Shown: piece by piece, positions 49,420 through 62,700 of the stretch | How the letters are laid out: each line of letters opens with the position of its first letter | Numbering within the stretch: position 1 is the first letter of the stretch | Source of the DNA: Takakia lepidozioides | Lineage: Eukaryota > Plantae > Bryophyta | Assembly: GCA_030704615.1 (NCBI GenBank) | Contig: CM060734.1 | Span: forward strand, 38,254,001-38,318,000 | Direction of reading: 5' to 3' | Length of the DNA stretch: 64,000 nucleotides | The notes under the pieces: model-generated | The model's database searches: none | Told to the model about the DNA's origin: nothing | What the model saw: the letters and a program-made list of their open reading frames with translations, nothing else | Position numbers and translations under genes: made by a program

Positions 49420-52400
49420 TCATTTCATGGACATCCGCTTCTCGACCAGGCTCTCCAACCTTGAAATAGCTGTTTTCAGCTTCCCCTTAGGGCCCACATT
49501 GATTTCTTTGAGGCCAGCCAAAAGCTTTGATGAGTCAATAAGTGATGAAAGTGGCTTCTCTGGATATAAAACCGACAAGGCCTCCATGTAATTTGTGCAA
49601 AATCGGAGGGCATCTGTTTTATGGGAAGATTTTTCGGGGAGCTTATGGACAAGAGAGAATAGCATGCCATCGATGGAGACAAGATGTGGCTGCAATGACT
49701 CTGCCATACTTTTCCCGGTCCCAGAATCTAGGAAGGATTTCTTGCCTTTTCCCACATGTTTGGGCCTCAGAATTCCAGTGAAAAGGCGCATAGCCTCACA
49801 CTTTAGAAACTCTGACCGAGCATTCCCGCACTTTTCAATCAGCTGTCCAACCAGAGCCTTCCCCAGCCAAGGGTGCCGCACAAAGACCTGTGTGAAGAAG
49901 GAGACCGGCAATCGGCATTTTCTGTGAATAAAAAACTCGCCCAGGGCTGATCCAAGAATCTGGGACACATCCTTGTCCCCAGTTTCTTCAATAGCTGGTA
50001 CATTTCCCTGTATAACTTTCAGTAGGTAAAAACTGCATGCCTGCACCCAATAACAGACAGAAATTGGTAAGCTTCCAGTCCTTCCAATTATGCTCCAAGT
50101 GTGATTGCTACATGTCCCTTAAAGCCGAGTCATTTGCATGAAATCCAAAGGGACAATAGATGGACAAAGACGTCCACTTTGTGACATCCCCCTGTTGGTT
50201 AAAACGTCATGTGTCCCGAAACATACATAAAACGTGGTGTCCTTTCACCCCAAAGGACTGCTGCCTTCAGTTGAGAAGGTGGCTGTCAGTTAAATATTCA
50301 GGTCTCCCAAGATTTCCTCACTGACCATCTCAACATCTGAGATCTCCATGCAATAAATCAGTGAGATTTGTCAGGCCTTTGTGTTGAAATGAAGATCAAG
50401 GCCTAGAGACTTGGATCAACACCAGTGATCTCGCCACTAATCATATTTGCTCCAATGTTAGAAATTGCTACAGAAATAGAGTCTGCTTCAAGAAAGCTCT
50501 CTACAACCGCCTGAAGTCTATGCAAGAACCCCCAATTTGGCTTTCAGCATTGTCTCAGGCCTCTCAAACTAAGAGAGAAGACAAAAACATGTAACTGTCC
50601 ATCATTCTGGTAAAAGAAACAACCTACCTGTGCCAGAGTCCTAACCCTCTTGTTTTTTGACCGAGAGGCCAGCTTCCACGTTTTCTCCAGTAAGTCCTTG
50701 GCAGCAGGCACATCAATATCCTGGCCCCTTGGGTACTTCTTTGCCTTCAACAGCTTGCTTTGCAGTATGCTTTCGATACGGTTAACAAGCTGGGCATTCC
50801 CATCGGCCGCCCCCAACTGGCCAATGGCGTTCACAAACGCCTGCAGCAACCCGGGCAGGGCGATCAGCACCAGTGAATTGCCTGGATGCTTCTGAAGAAA
50901 AAACTCCAGCAGTGTCAGAACCCGGAATTTGAAGTGGGATAATTGCATTTGGGTATCTTTGCTTTCCCCATCAGTCCCTCCTCCACCACCCCCTTTCCTT
51001 TGCTTCAAAATTTGAGCCAAGTGTGCGTCAATCCTGAACATAGCTTCGTCGTCCATATCAGAGGTTTCGGATTCGGATCCCTCTTCTTTGTCATCATCAT
51101 CCTCCCCTACAAAGACAGTTCCCATTAGAAAATTTTATCTTAGCCAGTGAAATTCTTAACTCAAACTTCCCAACTCCAAAATGATTTGCTTACCATTTTC
51201 AAAGGCCCCATTGCCAGAGGGTCTTCCTTCCCCTGCCTGCAATGGCTTCGGGACTCTCAGTTGCTTTGAAGCCTGCAGTTCATCATCTCCTTCCTCCGAA
51301 TCACTATCACCCTCTTCTTCGCTCCTTTCCTCTTCCATCTGATCGAAGACCACCGAGTACATCATGTCAGTCTACTGTAAACAATGAAGAGTGCTCGGAC
51401 ACTTTTGAGCAGGGCGATCCAGGTTTCACCATGGTAAACCGTCTCTTAAGCTAAAGATGTGATTCTACGAGTAAAATTGCCTTAAGACATTGTGTACATA
51501 TGCCTCACAGCCTGAGTCCAGTGATCAACTCATTGCACTTCTCTGATAAATAATCCTATCAGTGTCTGCAGAACTATCTAACTTGACAACTGCAACACTC
51601 AACGACCAGGTAAAGCTTACACTTTTTCTTGACAATTTGGGTTGTGTGTCACCACCACCTTCCTCTTCGTCCCCCTCATCTGTGGAGCCCTCCTCATCAT
51701 CCTCCAGACCAAGGATGTCATCGTCCTTACTGTCCCCTGCATCTACTTCAAGAATGGGTTTGTGCCGCGCGGTCTTTCCCCCTTTCTTTATTATCTGTAA
51801 GATGTCACCCAGCCCAGCGCTTGTGAGGTCCCCAGAGAACGATTTGAACACCTGAGGACAACATAACCTACGTCAGTCCTTCACATTGTAAGACTAAAAG
51901 GTGCTTACCAATTTGTGAGCAAACCACAACATGGAATATTCTCCCCTCCACAGGGAAGGGGGAGAGAATAACGGACATAAAAAACAATGCTGGCCACAAC
52001 TTTGTATCAAAATTAACCAAGTGATTATCTGCACGACATATATATGGCAGTATTTAACCTGTTTTGCTTTCGACAATATCAGCAGTTTCAAATCAAAACC
52101 TCACTAACCTCCTCAGCAGCAGCACGAACTGGGGCTGAGGGTTGCGCCAGCAATGACAAGAGAACATCAAGTAGAACATCCATGAACGGGACATCTGCCT
52201 CGCTCTCTTCTTTCATTTTGTCCCCCTTGATACCTGCAAGCCCAGACAGCTCCTTGAATGCCTTGCTGCAGCAAATGGAAAGCTCAGTTGCGCTCTCATT
52301 GACAGTGCCTGGTTCCAGCAATGCCTCCAGCAGCAGCTGCAGTATAAGAGATCTCATAGCCAGAAGCCTTTCTTTTTGCTCCCCATGCTCCACCCGTTGC

Positions 52401-55400
52401 AACTGCCAATCAAACCCCTGTAAGTCATCTCCAGAGGCTGAGATCTATAATAGCTTCTTTTATTTAATGAACAGAATGTAGTAATCTGTTCATTCTTCTT
52501 GGTTCTTGTTTTTTCTTTTTTTTGGGGTCCCCTAACTTCATTGAGCTTTCCGAGGTAGTAAAGTACAAAGTACTTCGTCATTTCATTTCCTTTCTTCATC
52601 ATAAAGTGTCATATCATTTCCTTTCACTGTCCCCTCAGAAAGGGAGTGTCTGTTCAATGGGACAGTACGACAGACCATAATCATGAAGCCACCCCACCCA
52701 GCGTTTGGCTGGTGAAGGTGAGAATATCTCCCACTGCATAAGAGATTGCCATGCTGAGAACGGCCACTTCAAACTTGCCAGATGCCCACCTGTCCATCCC
52801 GGCAATGTTGCTTCCTGGAATTGCTCACATTGTGTCTGTAAGACAACGTACTAATAAGCTACATCACCGATTGGAGCTTCCATTCAACATTAAAATTATT
52901 TGGTTTCTGAGGGACGGTTCGTTTTCTGTGGATCAACTTCCAAAATGCAGATAGAGAGATGGATGTGGATAGAGAGCCAGCAAAACTTACGCAAGATGTC
53001 AAAAATGAGACCATAGACCGGAGTTCTTCAACAGCTTCAAGATCCTCATCAACAAGAGGCCGAGCCAGCGATACACCTGGCAACTTCTGAACCTGTTCAC
53101 GGTACTGAGTCAAGAAGAGCGCAAAATCTTGAAATTCTGCCACGTGCTGATCCTGCTCTGTGAAGTGTGCCAGGTGTCCTAGTTTATTTCTTTTGAGAGC
53201 CTCTCCTCCAATAGAAGGTGTCTTCATTATCGTGCCTTCCTTCTGTATGACGCCCAGATTAGGTTGAGTATGCTTTGTCTTCTGGGCAGTCACCCAGTGT
53301 TGAGCATCAACAAGCAAACCCCGTAGACGTGCAACACAAAGAGTTCGAATGCGGTCTGATAGAGGCCAGTGGGGCCACTTCAAGGTGATGTCCTGCTCCA
53401 CAGTGACAAATCCCTCTGCGTCGAAGAGAGAATGCAATGCAAGAAACTTCAGAACCTCCTTGTAAAGCATTGTGCGTGCAGCAGTAGAATCCAACTGAGA
53501 GTGTCGACACAGTGCGCACATTTGCTCAATGATCCAAACTCTCTCACTATCTGCAGATATCTCTGGAGAAGTAGTCAGCCCTTCATCATAGCCATCTCCT
53601 TTCTGGTCCATTTCATCAGCGACTCTCTTGTCTTCATTCTGAAAGCCATGGGTCACTGAAACAGGGTTACTGGGGTCCTTAGGTACACCTTCCTGCACCT
53701 TGGAGGCGTCTCCTTCCACAAACAGGTTTCCCAGGGTTTGGACAAAAGCCAATGCACTTGTTTCTGAGGTGAGTCCACCAGTCAAGCTTTTCACGGTGGT
53801 GGTTTTGGACAACGCATCAAACTTTCCATGACTATTCTTTTGGAGGGCTGTAATTACTGCATTACGGCACTGATCATCTCTCTCAGCCCAACGACAGAGC
53901 TCCCCCACACAACGCTGAGCAGCATTGTAGAGAAGAGTATCTCTTGCAGAGAGAATGTCCAAGATACATCGCACAAGCCTGTTGGATAGAGCAATGGAAA
54001 CAGACTCAGGGGCAGGTAACCTGGGGAGGAACAAAAGCAAAAGCTCCATGGCCAAATGCTTTCGCTCATGCGATGATGTCAACAGCGCCCCATCCACGAC
54101 TATGCTCCAGAAATTGATAAACTGGGCTTCCCTTGTCTTAAAGTCTTTAGACCCTTTTTGTACAGTAGACTTGCTTTTAAGTTTCCTCTTTGCAGAATTC
54201 TGTACTTCTAAGGAAGCGGATTCAAGAGTCGATTTTGGTAGAAGAAGATCAAGTAACACAGGCCAGACTGAGTGCACTCGTGGGTGGCTACATGATGCCT
54301 CCTGCATACCCACCACAGCCACCACCAGAACATAGCTTCAAAACTCTAGCAACAGAGAGCTGACACAAGCTTTCTTGGGATCTCAAACTTTTCCTCTCTT
54401 GACATAATTGAAACGAGCAGAAGGAAGGAATGATACATGGGAAAGGCTGTTGTAGCACATGATGGAATGGGAGGAAAGAACAAGTTAAAAATAGTCAAGA
54501 CAGCAAAAGACATTGTGAACTCATTAGGCAACCAATCTCTCATTAGGGAGAGAATGGTCAAAGGATCAGAATAAAGACCAATATCCATCTCCTACATCAC
54601 AGTCCATTGCAGAAAATGTCACTGAATACCTTCAAGCATGGGACAAGTCTGGCCAACTGAGATGGCTGAAAAAGATCCTGCAGGTTGCCAGATTCTGGCA
54701 GTAGTGAGCAAGACTGCCTTGTCAGGACTGGAAGCTTCTGATGCAGCCTGAGGGCCAAGAGCAAAGAATCTGGATTCTGACTTTCAGAGGCTTCTTCCAA
54801 CCATTCTTGGAACAATGGGGCTGCACTAATACTTGCTTCGAAGGCATCTGAAGGCACCTGAGCAACCACCACAGAATCATCTCAAACTGCTAGGATTGTA
54901 CCCTACAGAAAAATGTTCAACAAGCACTTGGGTTGAACAAACTCTAGGCACATGGACTGCTACCACTGAATTGCTTTGACAGCAGTCACTACGAAGCCCC
55001 CAGAGATTCAAGTTTAAAGCTTCTGTGGCTCAAACAGTAGACAAAATCAGATGCAAAATAGCACCTTAGCACATCATAAAAGGTAAAATTTTGCAAGTGA
55101 CCTCTTGAGAACCGGAATACAAGGGGAAACATTGATATGTAAGAGAATAAGCCGCTTATCATACCCTTTCAGCAAGTTCCATGATTACAGTCATGGCTGG
55201 CTCTCTGAGAAAACTCTTCTTTTTAGCCAGAGTGAGTAGCTGCTGAATGACCTCTGCAGCAAGTTTTTGCTGACTGGGGGTTTTGGCCCCTCCAATCACT
55301 CGTTCTGCCCGGACAAGAGCTCCATATGCAAACAACCTCCCTAAGCGCCCATCTCTTGCATCCTGCACTATCATTGGCACATCAGTCTAGCACTACATCG

Positions 55401-58225
55401 GTAACCTACTGCCCTCAAGTATGGTCGATAGAACACGCTAAACAAAATAGGAGGGGAGTAGCTCCTGGCTAGTGGAACACCACATTTAGCCTCAGTAATG
55501 CATACACCAAAACTTTCCCCCAATGGCAGCTTTCGCATATTACACGAGTCAAGAGAACACTAGTTCCAAATTAAGAAGTGAACGTTTTGAGTCAGTGTTT
55601 AGGGTCATCTCCCTTACCTTGACATCAACAAGACTTCCATTGGAGTATCACCATGAGTATGACACATTTCTTTGAACTAAAGAGGAGTGGGACCCCCAAA
55701 GTTCAATACCAAAATATGCACAGAAATCAGGGGTTGTACAGACATAATGTGATTGAATTTGTTAAATGTGATGTAATGCGAGATGTGATAGCTGACTTGG
55801 CCAGGGAACCTAACTATATTTCTGACATGCAACCCTGACAGCTACAGTACTCCATAACCCTTTGAGTCTATTTGTCTATCACATTCCCTGCTGATTTTCT
55901 CATTTCCTCATCCAGAGACTGACCTGGCCTTTCATGGATGATGTAACCTCCAAATTGATGTCAATTAAGTGCAGCACCGCATCTCCAGAAATGACAGGTA
56001 GTGCCCCTACCACAATGGCCAGCGCCAATGCAAATCCCTGCCGAGCACTCTGCCACCCACAGGCCAACAAAATTGTACAAGGGAGTTAATTATAGAGAAG
56101 AGACAGACAGACAACAGTACACTGATTGGACTTCACTCGCGACGCTTTGTTGGCCATAGAATCTTGCCTGGGTTGGATGCAGCAGAAAGGGCAGGAAAAG
56201 GGGGAACAGAAGGAGAGCAGATGATAAACCACAATACCCAAGGCAGTGACAGCTTTTCCATTAATGTCAAAAGGGCTCTCCTCAGAGAAGTACCCATAGA
56301 ACTTACAAAAGTCTCCTATCCTTGCCATCATGCACAAATTGCATTTTTCCAGCTAGGTCACTTCCAGCACAGAGGCCCTCCTCTTTCAAACATAAGCCTA
56401 GTTTCCTGAATGTCTCTTTAAGTTCCCACTTAGTCATCAAAAACTGTGAAGAAAATTGGAATTAAGTTGAGTAAGTTCTACATAAGGTCTATCATGACAT
56501 GTTTATCTAACCATTCCACCATGATTTGAGCAGGTAAAAAGCTGGGATTGCTTCAAAAACACAGATTTAAGATATTTCATCCAATTTTCTCAAATAGTGT
56601 CTACCACATTAAAATATAAGCTCCTGGAGTAGTATTTATGGATTCCAGCATGCACAACATGTGCAACAGACTTCGTGAGCTAAGGCAGTGTCTAGAGAGC
56701 AGATTAAATAAAAGGCACTAACAGTCACAGAGAGAATGTGGCATTGTAGTGGCGAACAAGAACCAAATGCTCAGTTAGCTGGATGCTGGCCCTAAGCTTT
56801 GGTGATTCCACAAGGCACTCAATGCAGGTAATTATTACAGAAGTCCGCTATGCATACTTCTGACAAGCTTAATGACCTACACAATATGCCACCAAAAAAC
56901 CATGTGCCCTCTAGAGTGACCACTACGTCCATAGGCTAGGTGACACCGCAACCATGATTTATGCTCTAGCCATATTGACTCCACCTAGAATCTCACTTCA
57001 ATAAGCTGATCACCCCAGAAAATGGTAGATTTGAGCTAATTTCCTGCACCTCGTTCATTCCACTCGTGTGCCAAACAAGAGCCATGGGATTCTAGCACAT
57101 AGTTGTTAGGATTTAAATGGCTCGAAAAAATGTGCAGGACCCAAATCCTAGTGATACAAATAGGGAGACAGAGATGAGTCTTCAAACGGTGGTCTATAGA
57201 CATTGCAGCCATTCTTAAAAGAGCAGAAAGAGGAGAGACGACGAAGGCAAAAGAGACATGTTTTAATGGGGCCGAAAAGGGGCGACGAAGGGTTTTTGGG
57301 TTGTGCCAACAAACCTCGCGAGAAGAGCCAAGCCCTCGTACAAGGCGGCGCAAAGCATACTGTACGCTGGGCGCACACTCCTGCAGACCTTCGTCGGCAT
57401 TCTTTGCAGCTCCCAACACCTGAAAGAAGATTCAACATACGGACGGACTGGGCCATGCATCACCTTCCAAAACTGGAGACACATCCTTCTCTCTCCAATT
57501 TCTCATACCCGCCAATGACATCTCAAAAACTTCTTGATAACGAGATTTACCTCCTCTGCGCCCTCCTCCTGCCCTCCTCCTGCCTCGAAAGCGTGTTGCG
57601 CAGTAATTAGCTCCTGCACCAAGGCCACCGCTGCCGCCTCCCTCACTGAAGGCACCAGTGACGAAAGGTTCCAATAAATCTGCATCCCCACAGGTTCTGA
57701 CTCTGACGAAGGATCGCCATATTTTCCATTGTCGCCCCGGTTGGAAGTGCTTTCCTGTAGCCCGCGAACTGTACTCTTCTCTTCCTCCAAGCCAACTCCC
57801 TCACCTTCCTTTGAGTCTACAGTCGGCACGACCTTGGCTGTCCGCTTCAATCTCTTTTTCAGATTCCTTTCCTCAACACTCTGAGCCTGGGTGTTTCCAT
57901 GCATTCCATTGGACGAAGGCTGGGCCACATCTGCCTCCGCCCCATCTCCTTCCCGCTCTACCGAGTCCTTCATTGGCGTTGAAAGTCCCTCCTGCTTCAG
58001 CTTCTTCTTCTTCCTCTTCTTCATGTCCTTCTCCTCCGGTATTTCCTCTGAAACTCCATCAGCCAACGGGACTGGCGGAGCAAGTGCAGCAACGCGGTAT
58101 TGCTTCTCCTTCTTTAGCTTTTTGTTGGGCGTAACCATCGGGGAGGAAGAAGTGGAGGGTTTTGAGGTGTCCAAAGGAACCTGCGAAGGACCCATGGTGT
58201 CCTCGTGGCGATGGCGCTTGCCCAT
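49420..58225 (-). CDS. MYB-binding protein 1A / Pol5 (DNA polymerase phi family) nucleolar rRNA-biogenesis factor, about 1484 aa, 11 exons
   Basis: Exons: 58225-57551, 57419-57315, 56049-55924, 55362-55165, 54857-54630, 54301-52991, 52444-52109, 51851-51621, 51338-51194, 51106-50628, 50040-49420 (4455 nt). Motifs: YALRRLVRGLGSSRESARQGFALAL, LGRLFAYGAL, HPRVHSVW, SSHERKHLA, VLLDVLLSLL, MDDEAMFRID, HFKFRVLTLLE. The N-terminus is Lys-rich and NLS-like. Confidence 0.92.
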
Positions 58226-58254
58226 CTCTCCCTCCCTCCCCCTGAGAGCCCCTT

Positions 58255-58277
58255 TTTAGGTTTAGGGTTTAGGGTTT
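58255..58277 (-). promoter_or_regulatory. Tandem telo-boxes (AAACCCTA) just upstream of the MYBBP1A/Pol5 start codon
   Basis: The minus strand reads AAACCCTAAACCCTAAACCTAAA 30-50 nt upstream of the ATG. Telo-boxes are typical of plant ribosome-biogenesis genes. Confidence 0.7.
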
Positions 58278-59750
58278 TGCAGAAAGAATTCTAGTGGATT
58301 AAATTTGGATAGTTTTGTTTTGCTCTCACAGTAAGGTTTCTTGGACTACGAGAAGAATTACATGGGGTAAATAAGTTATAAAGGTGAAGGAGGAAAGCAG
58401 AGGGGCAGTGGGCGAAGGAAGGAGGTGGGGTGCGAGGCTGGGATTTCAATGGCCGCACTCTTGGCAGCGTTCCAGAGAATCAAAGCTCCTGCAACGAGAG
58501 AATGGGACAGGCACCAACTCGTGTCCTCTCCTTCTGGGAGCTTTGATTCTGCCGTGTGCAGCAGTGGGTGTTCTTCCGAAACGAGGATGTTTCTGCATCT
58601 CATGGGAGTCTGAAGGCGGGAAAGCTGGGGCCCTCCTTGGCTTCCTTGAGTGTGCAGCCTGGTGTGAACTTGTTTCGTGTTTACGGAGGTAAGTCCCACC
58701 TCTGCGCATGTGCAAGTGATTGGTAGCCCTATCTGCGGTGTCTTCTTCCGCTACGATTACGCTCCCGCTGATTGTAGATTCTCTATGAAGAAAATCTGGC
58801 AGGAAAGCTGGCACTCACCCTCAGAAGGGAGACAACTGTGGAGCTGCTTGAAGGAGCTTGAAGCATCAGCCTCGACTGTGGGTTCACTCCGAGTGAAGAT
58901 GTGAGGATACTGGATGCCGCAAAGGACTTTAAATCTACCCTAGTCCCCAGAAACACCTCTTTCTGTGTATCTTTCTTCTTTTGTCTACTGAAGATTTCAG
59001 TCTGTTGAAGTTTTTTCTGGTTTGACAGCTCAGACCTCCGTGGAAGGCTACTTAAGAAAGGTGTTGATGAAGATGATGGAGGATCCACAGCTGGGAAGTC
59101 AGGCAATTGGGCTCATAGTTTTCTAGATACGGAAACTCGCAATGATAAGAACAAGGCTGTGGTTGGCAGAATAATTTGAATAATTGCAGCTGGAATGAAC
59201 CCAAAATCTGAAGTGGCGATTTATCTGGAACTGTATCTGAAAGAACAGACTATAGAGATGATCGAAATGCCCACACATTTAGCATTGCTTCGAAATGCTT
59301 ACATGGTTCCAATCACCTTTAACCCTGCTTGTTATGACTAAGTAGCTTTGGTATGATTGCTTGCTATGATTTCGAACAGAAACCCGCAGGTGGGGTAACC
59401 AAGGGAGCTTTGAAGCGTGCTTAGTTCCATGAGAAGGAGGAAGGATGGCAAGATGTTCTGGAAGGTCTGGCTCGGCCGTGTGATAGCCTGGAACTGCCGA
59501 GCACAATTTCTGCTCTAACAACACACCTGATAAGCTCTGCTTTGGAAACAGAATACAATATCACATTCACCAATGTCTCCATTCCCTCCTAAATTGGCTG
59601 CGAGATGCGCCAAAGCTGCAGAGCGATCTATGCAGCTTAGCAGTATGTTGTGGGGACCTGTACACCTTTGTCTTCCGACCAACTAAAATCAGATTACTAT
59701 TTTGACTCAGAAAGGAAAGAAAGGGATTCACTAATCTCAAGAACACAACA

Positions 59751-62700
59751 ATGTGGGCGTTAAAAAGAAAAAGCTTAATCACAGCACCATCTCCGAAGCC
59801 AGTGAACCCTTCAAAACATGGCAGCAGTGGTCGTCCCTGGATTCGGGCAAGCGTCAGAGACCCAGATCTCTCACTCGATCCCCGACTGCAGGGGCTTGGC
59901 CTGTATCCCGTGTTTCAGTTGCCTACCGATCCGCGTCCCAAGGGCATAAATCTTGATGAGCTGAGAAAATTGAACATGGGTCATTTAAATCTTAGGTTGC
60001 ATCCGGAATCTCAGACCTCCTTGTACGAAGGCACCTCAGAAAGGCCTGATAGCAGGTCTTCCAAGTTCAGCGATTCCAAGGTCTCAGACACGAGCTTTAA
60101 AGACAAGAGGGAGGTTTTTGTATTACCAGACCACTGGGGGACCGCTAGTCCATCACCTGTGAAAAAACCAAAGGCCGAGTCTCCGGGGGAAAAGCGACCC
60201 GTCACGTCAACACCAGGAGCTGTTTCTACAAGCAGTGAGTTGCGAGCAATACCAGCTCGGGATACAATCCGAGGAGGTTTCTTCACCGAGGACCAAGGCA
60301 TTGGTACTGCACGAGGTGCATCACCCATTTACAAGGCAGGTGGACATAGATTTTTGGTGGCAGAGGTTGCAAGCTAGATATGGGAGATTAGAAAGGTAGA
60401 TTACCTTGAACATGACGAGGAGGCTGAGCTCTATTTGTGGGGATCTCATCTTCACTTTACTTGATGGATTGTGGGCATTGTCATCTGTTCGAGAGAGTTT
60501 GGCCTTCTCCAGTCCCCAGCAGTCGTCAAATCATCCCCCATGTGGAGGTAAGACCTGAAAATGTAGCAGATGTCTAGTAATCAGGAGTATTTGAAGGTAC
60601 ACTTTCAAGCTGAGAAGTACCAATCACGGTGAGACCAAACACACTTCCTGGTCTTCAGCTAAATGTAAAATTACTTGGGATACAGTAGTGGCTATAAGTG
60701 TAATCTCTCATTCTCTCCTCAACAGAAAATGTGGGAAGAGGAAGACGAGGACGACAAGAGTTCAGTAAGCAGTGATGGCGAAATTCCTGCATTCATGCTC
60801 ATGAAGACCGTCACCTTCGACTCAGAAAAAGGGGGAAGAGGTGAGAGAAATCTGGATACAAGAGATTTGACTAAAAGCTTAGCAATTGAATTTACCGGAA
60901 TTTTAAAAACTCAAATATTCTGGGCATAGGATAGTTAAGAAGTGCTTCAACAACATCACGTTATCATATCATTTCTAATGACTATGTCATGCTGGAAAAC
61001 TGGGGACTGTGGATAAAATCACAGATTGAAAAAGAAAGCAGCATCCCAGCACCTTCAACCTGTCTGGAAAGCTCTCTATGCTTAGTTCATACCTGCAAGA
61101 AATATTTAGTGGCAGTGAGCTCGGAAAATTGCCTTTCTTGACTTGCAGGATCTAGTCAACAAGGAAGATCATTGTCTCCTGTTGGATTAAGACTTCAGGG
61201 AAGATCCCGAAAGTTGGCTCTATGGTAATCTCTCAAACCTTGACAATGCTTGTAGATGCATCTCCTCAAGTCTCTGCCCCTTTTCCTGCTCCTGTTCAAT
61301 TTATTCCTAATTTTCTTGGAATTTAAAATGAAATCATCTCGAGCATTTGATTCATCAAGCATAAGTGTTGTCCATTTGTACTCTCAAATTGCAATAGGGC
61401 TACAATTTGTACTGTAATCACCACAGCATGGCTGACAGTGCAACTACAGCCACAAGTGTGACATTAGTGCTGGGAAGAGGGCAGTATTTGTTGTGCTGGA
61501 ATGTAAATTACAGGTCCTGTTACAATGTCAATCCAGCCTTCAGCACCAATCAAGCATGTAGCTGGACTGTGAGACGTTGTATCAGATGTAGTTTCATTCC
61601 CAGCTGCACAGAAATCCACTGCTTTGCCGCTCCAAAAGTGGCTCCAAAACTAGGTCAAGATGAGAGTATCTATATTCCTTTCTGTGCACAATGTCTAGGC
61701 ACCCCAAACTACTCTGTTTTTGAAGAAAAGAGGGGAAGAGATCCAGGGTAATAGGTAGCAGGGGAAGAGGATCTCTTTTTCAGTTCTCTGCATTAATCCA
61801 CACCCAATCAATGTGATGGCTGTCATGGTGCAGGCATGAAAAGTTGAACCCACCATATGGTAGGCCTGGAAGACCTGCTGTGTTGCATGGAGTAGCATCT
61901 GCCTCAAAGTCGCACTCTTCCATTGCACCTCCGCAAGTATCTGCGGGTTTTTCTCTTAACCTGTGTCCATCAGTGTTCTCTAAAGTATGTCGGATCATCG
62001 GCAGCAAGCCTACTTGTCCTCATCAGATTACTACTTCATGTGCTGTTGAGTAGCTTGTACCTGCTGCGGTACTCGTTCTTCATCCTTTTGTAAAGTCTAT
62101 ACTTTTACTGTGTGTTTCCCCAGGATTATGCAAATTTTGTATGGTCAACCACAAGTTGAAGCTTTTGGCTAGTGATCCCCTGTTTAGAAGATTCTCAAAG
62201 CCACAATTTGCACTATCCTCACCAGAGTCATAGGTGACAAAGCTCACAGTGCCACACTTTGCTTCTGTCTTGACAGTTGAGAAATAAAATAGAGATTAGT
62301 GAAGCAAAGAGAGCAGTGCTCATGGGACTACATGTGATCAATAAAGAGCTCGAGTTACTTAAAATACTGCGAGTAGTACAGTTGTAACTATTTACAGGCA
62401 TTCATGGAGAAGGTAATTTACAAACAGAGACAAAAGGCTGAGCTGGATAGAAGAGGTTTTTGAGGAAAGCAGCAGGCCACACCAAATACTGATACCCACT
62501 ATAGAGTGTGGGATGAAGATTTATGCTGGGGTATACAGCTTTTTATGCGAGTAGCATGTAAGTCCATACTTTGGAAGCAGGACTTCTGGTTGCTGACACG
62601 TGGAGGAAATTGCCATGGCTCTAAAGTGCAGATCTGGAAATCCATAGGCCCATTACCAGCCTCATACGTGTGGTACCTCCCATGGCTCTTCGTCTGCCAG

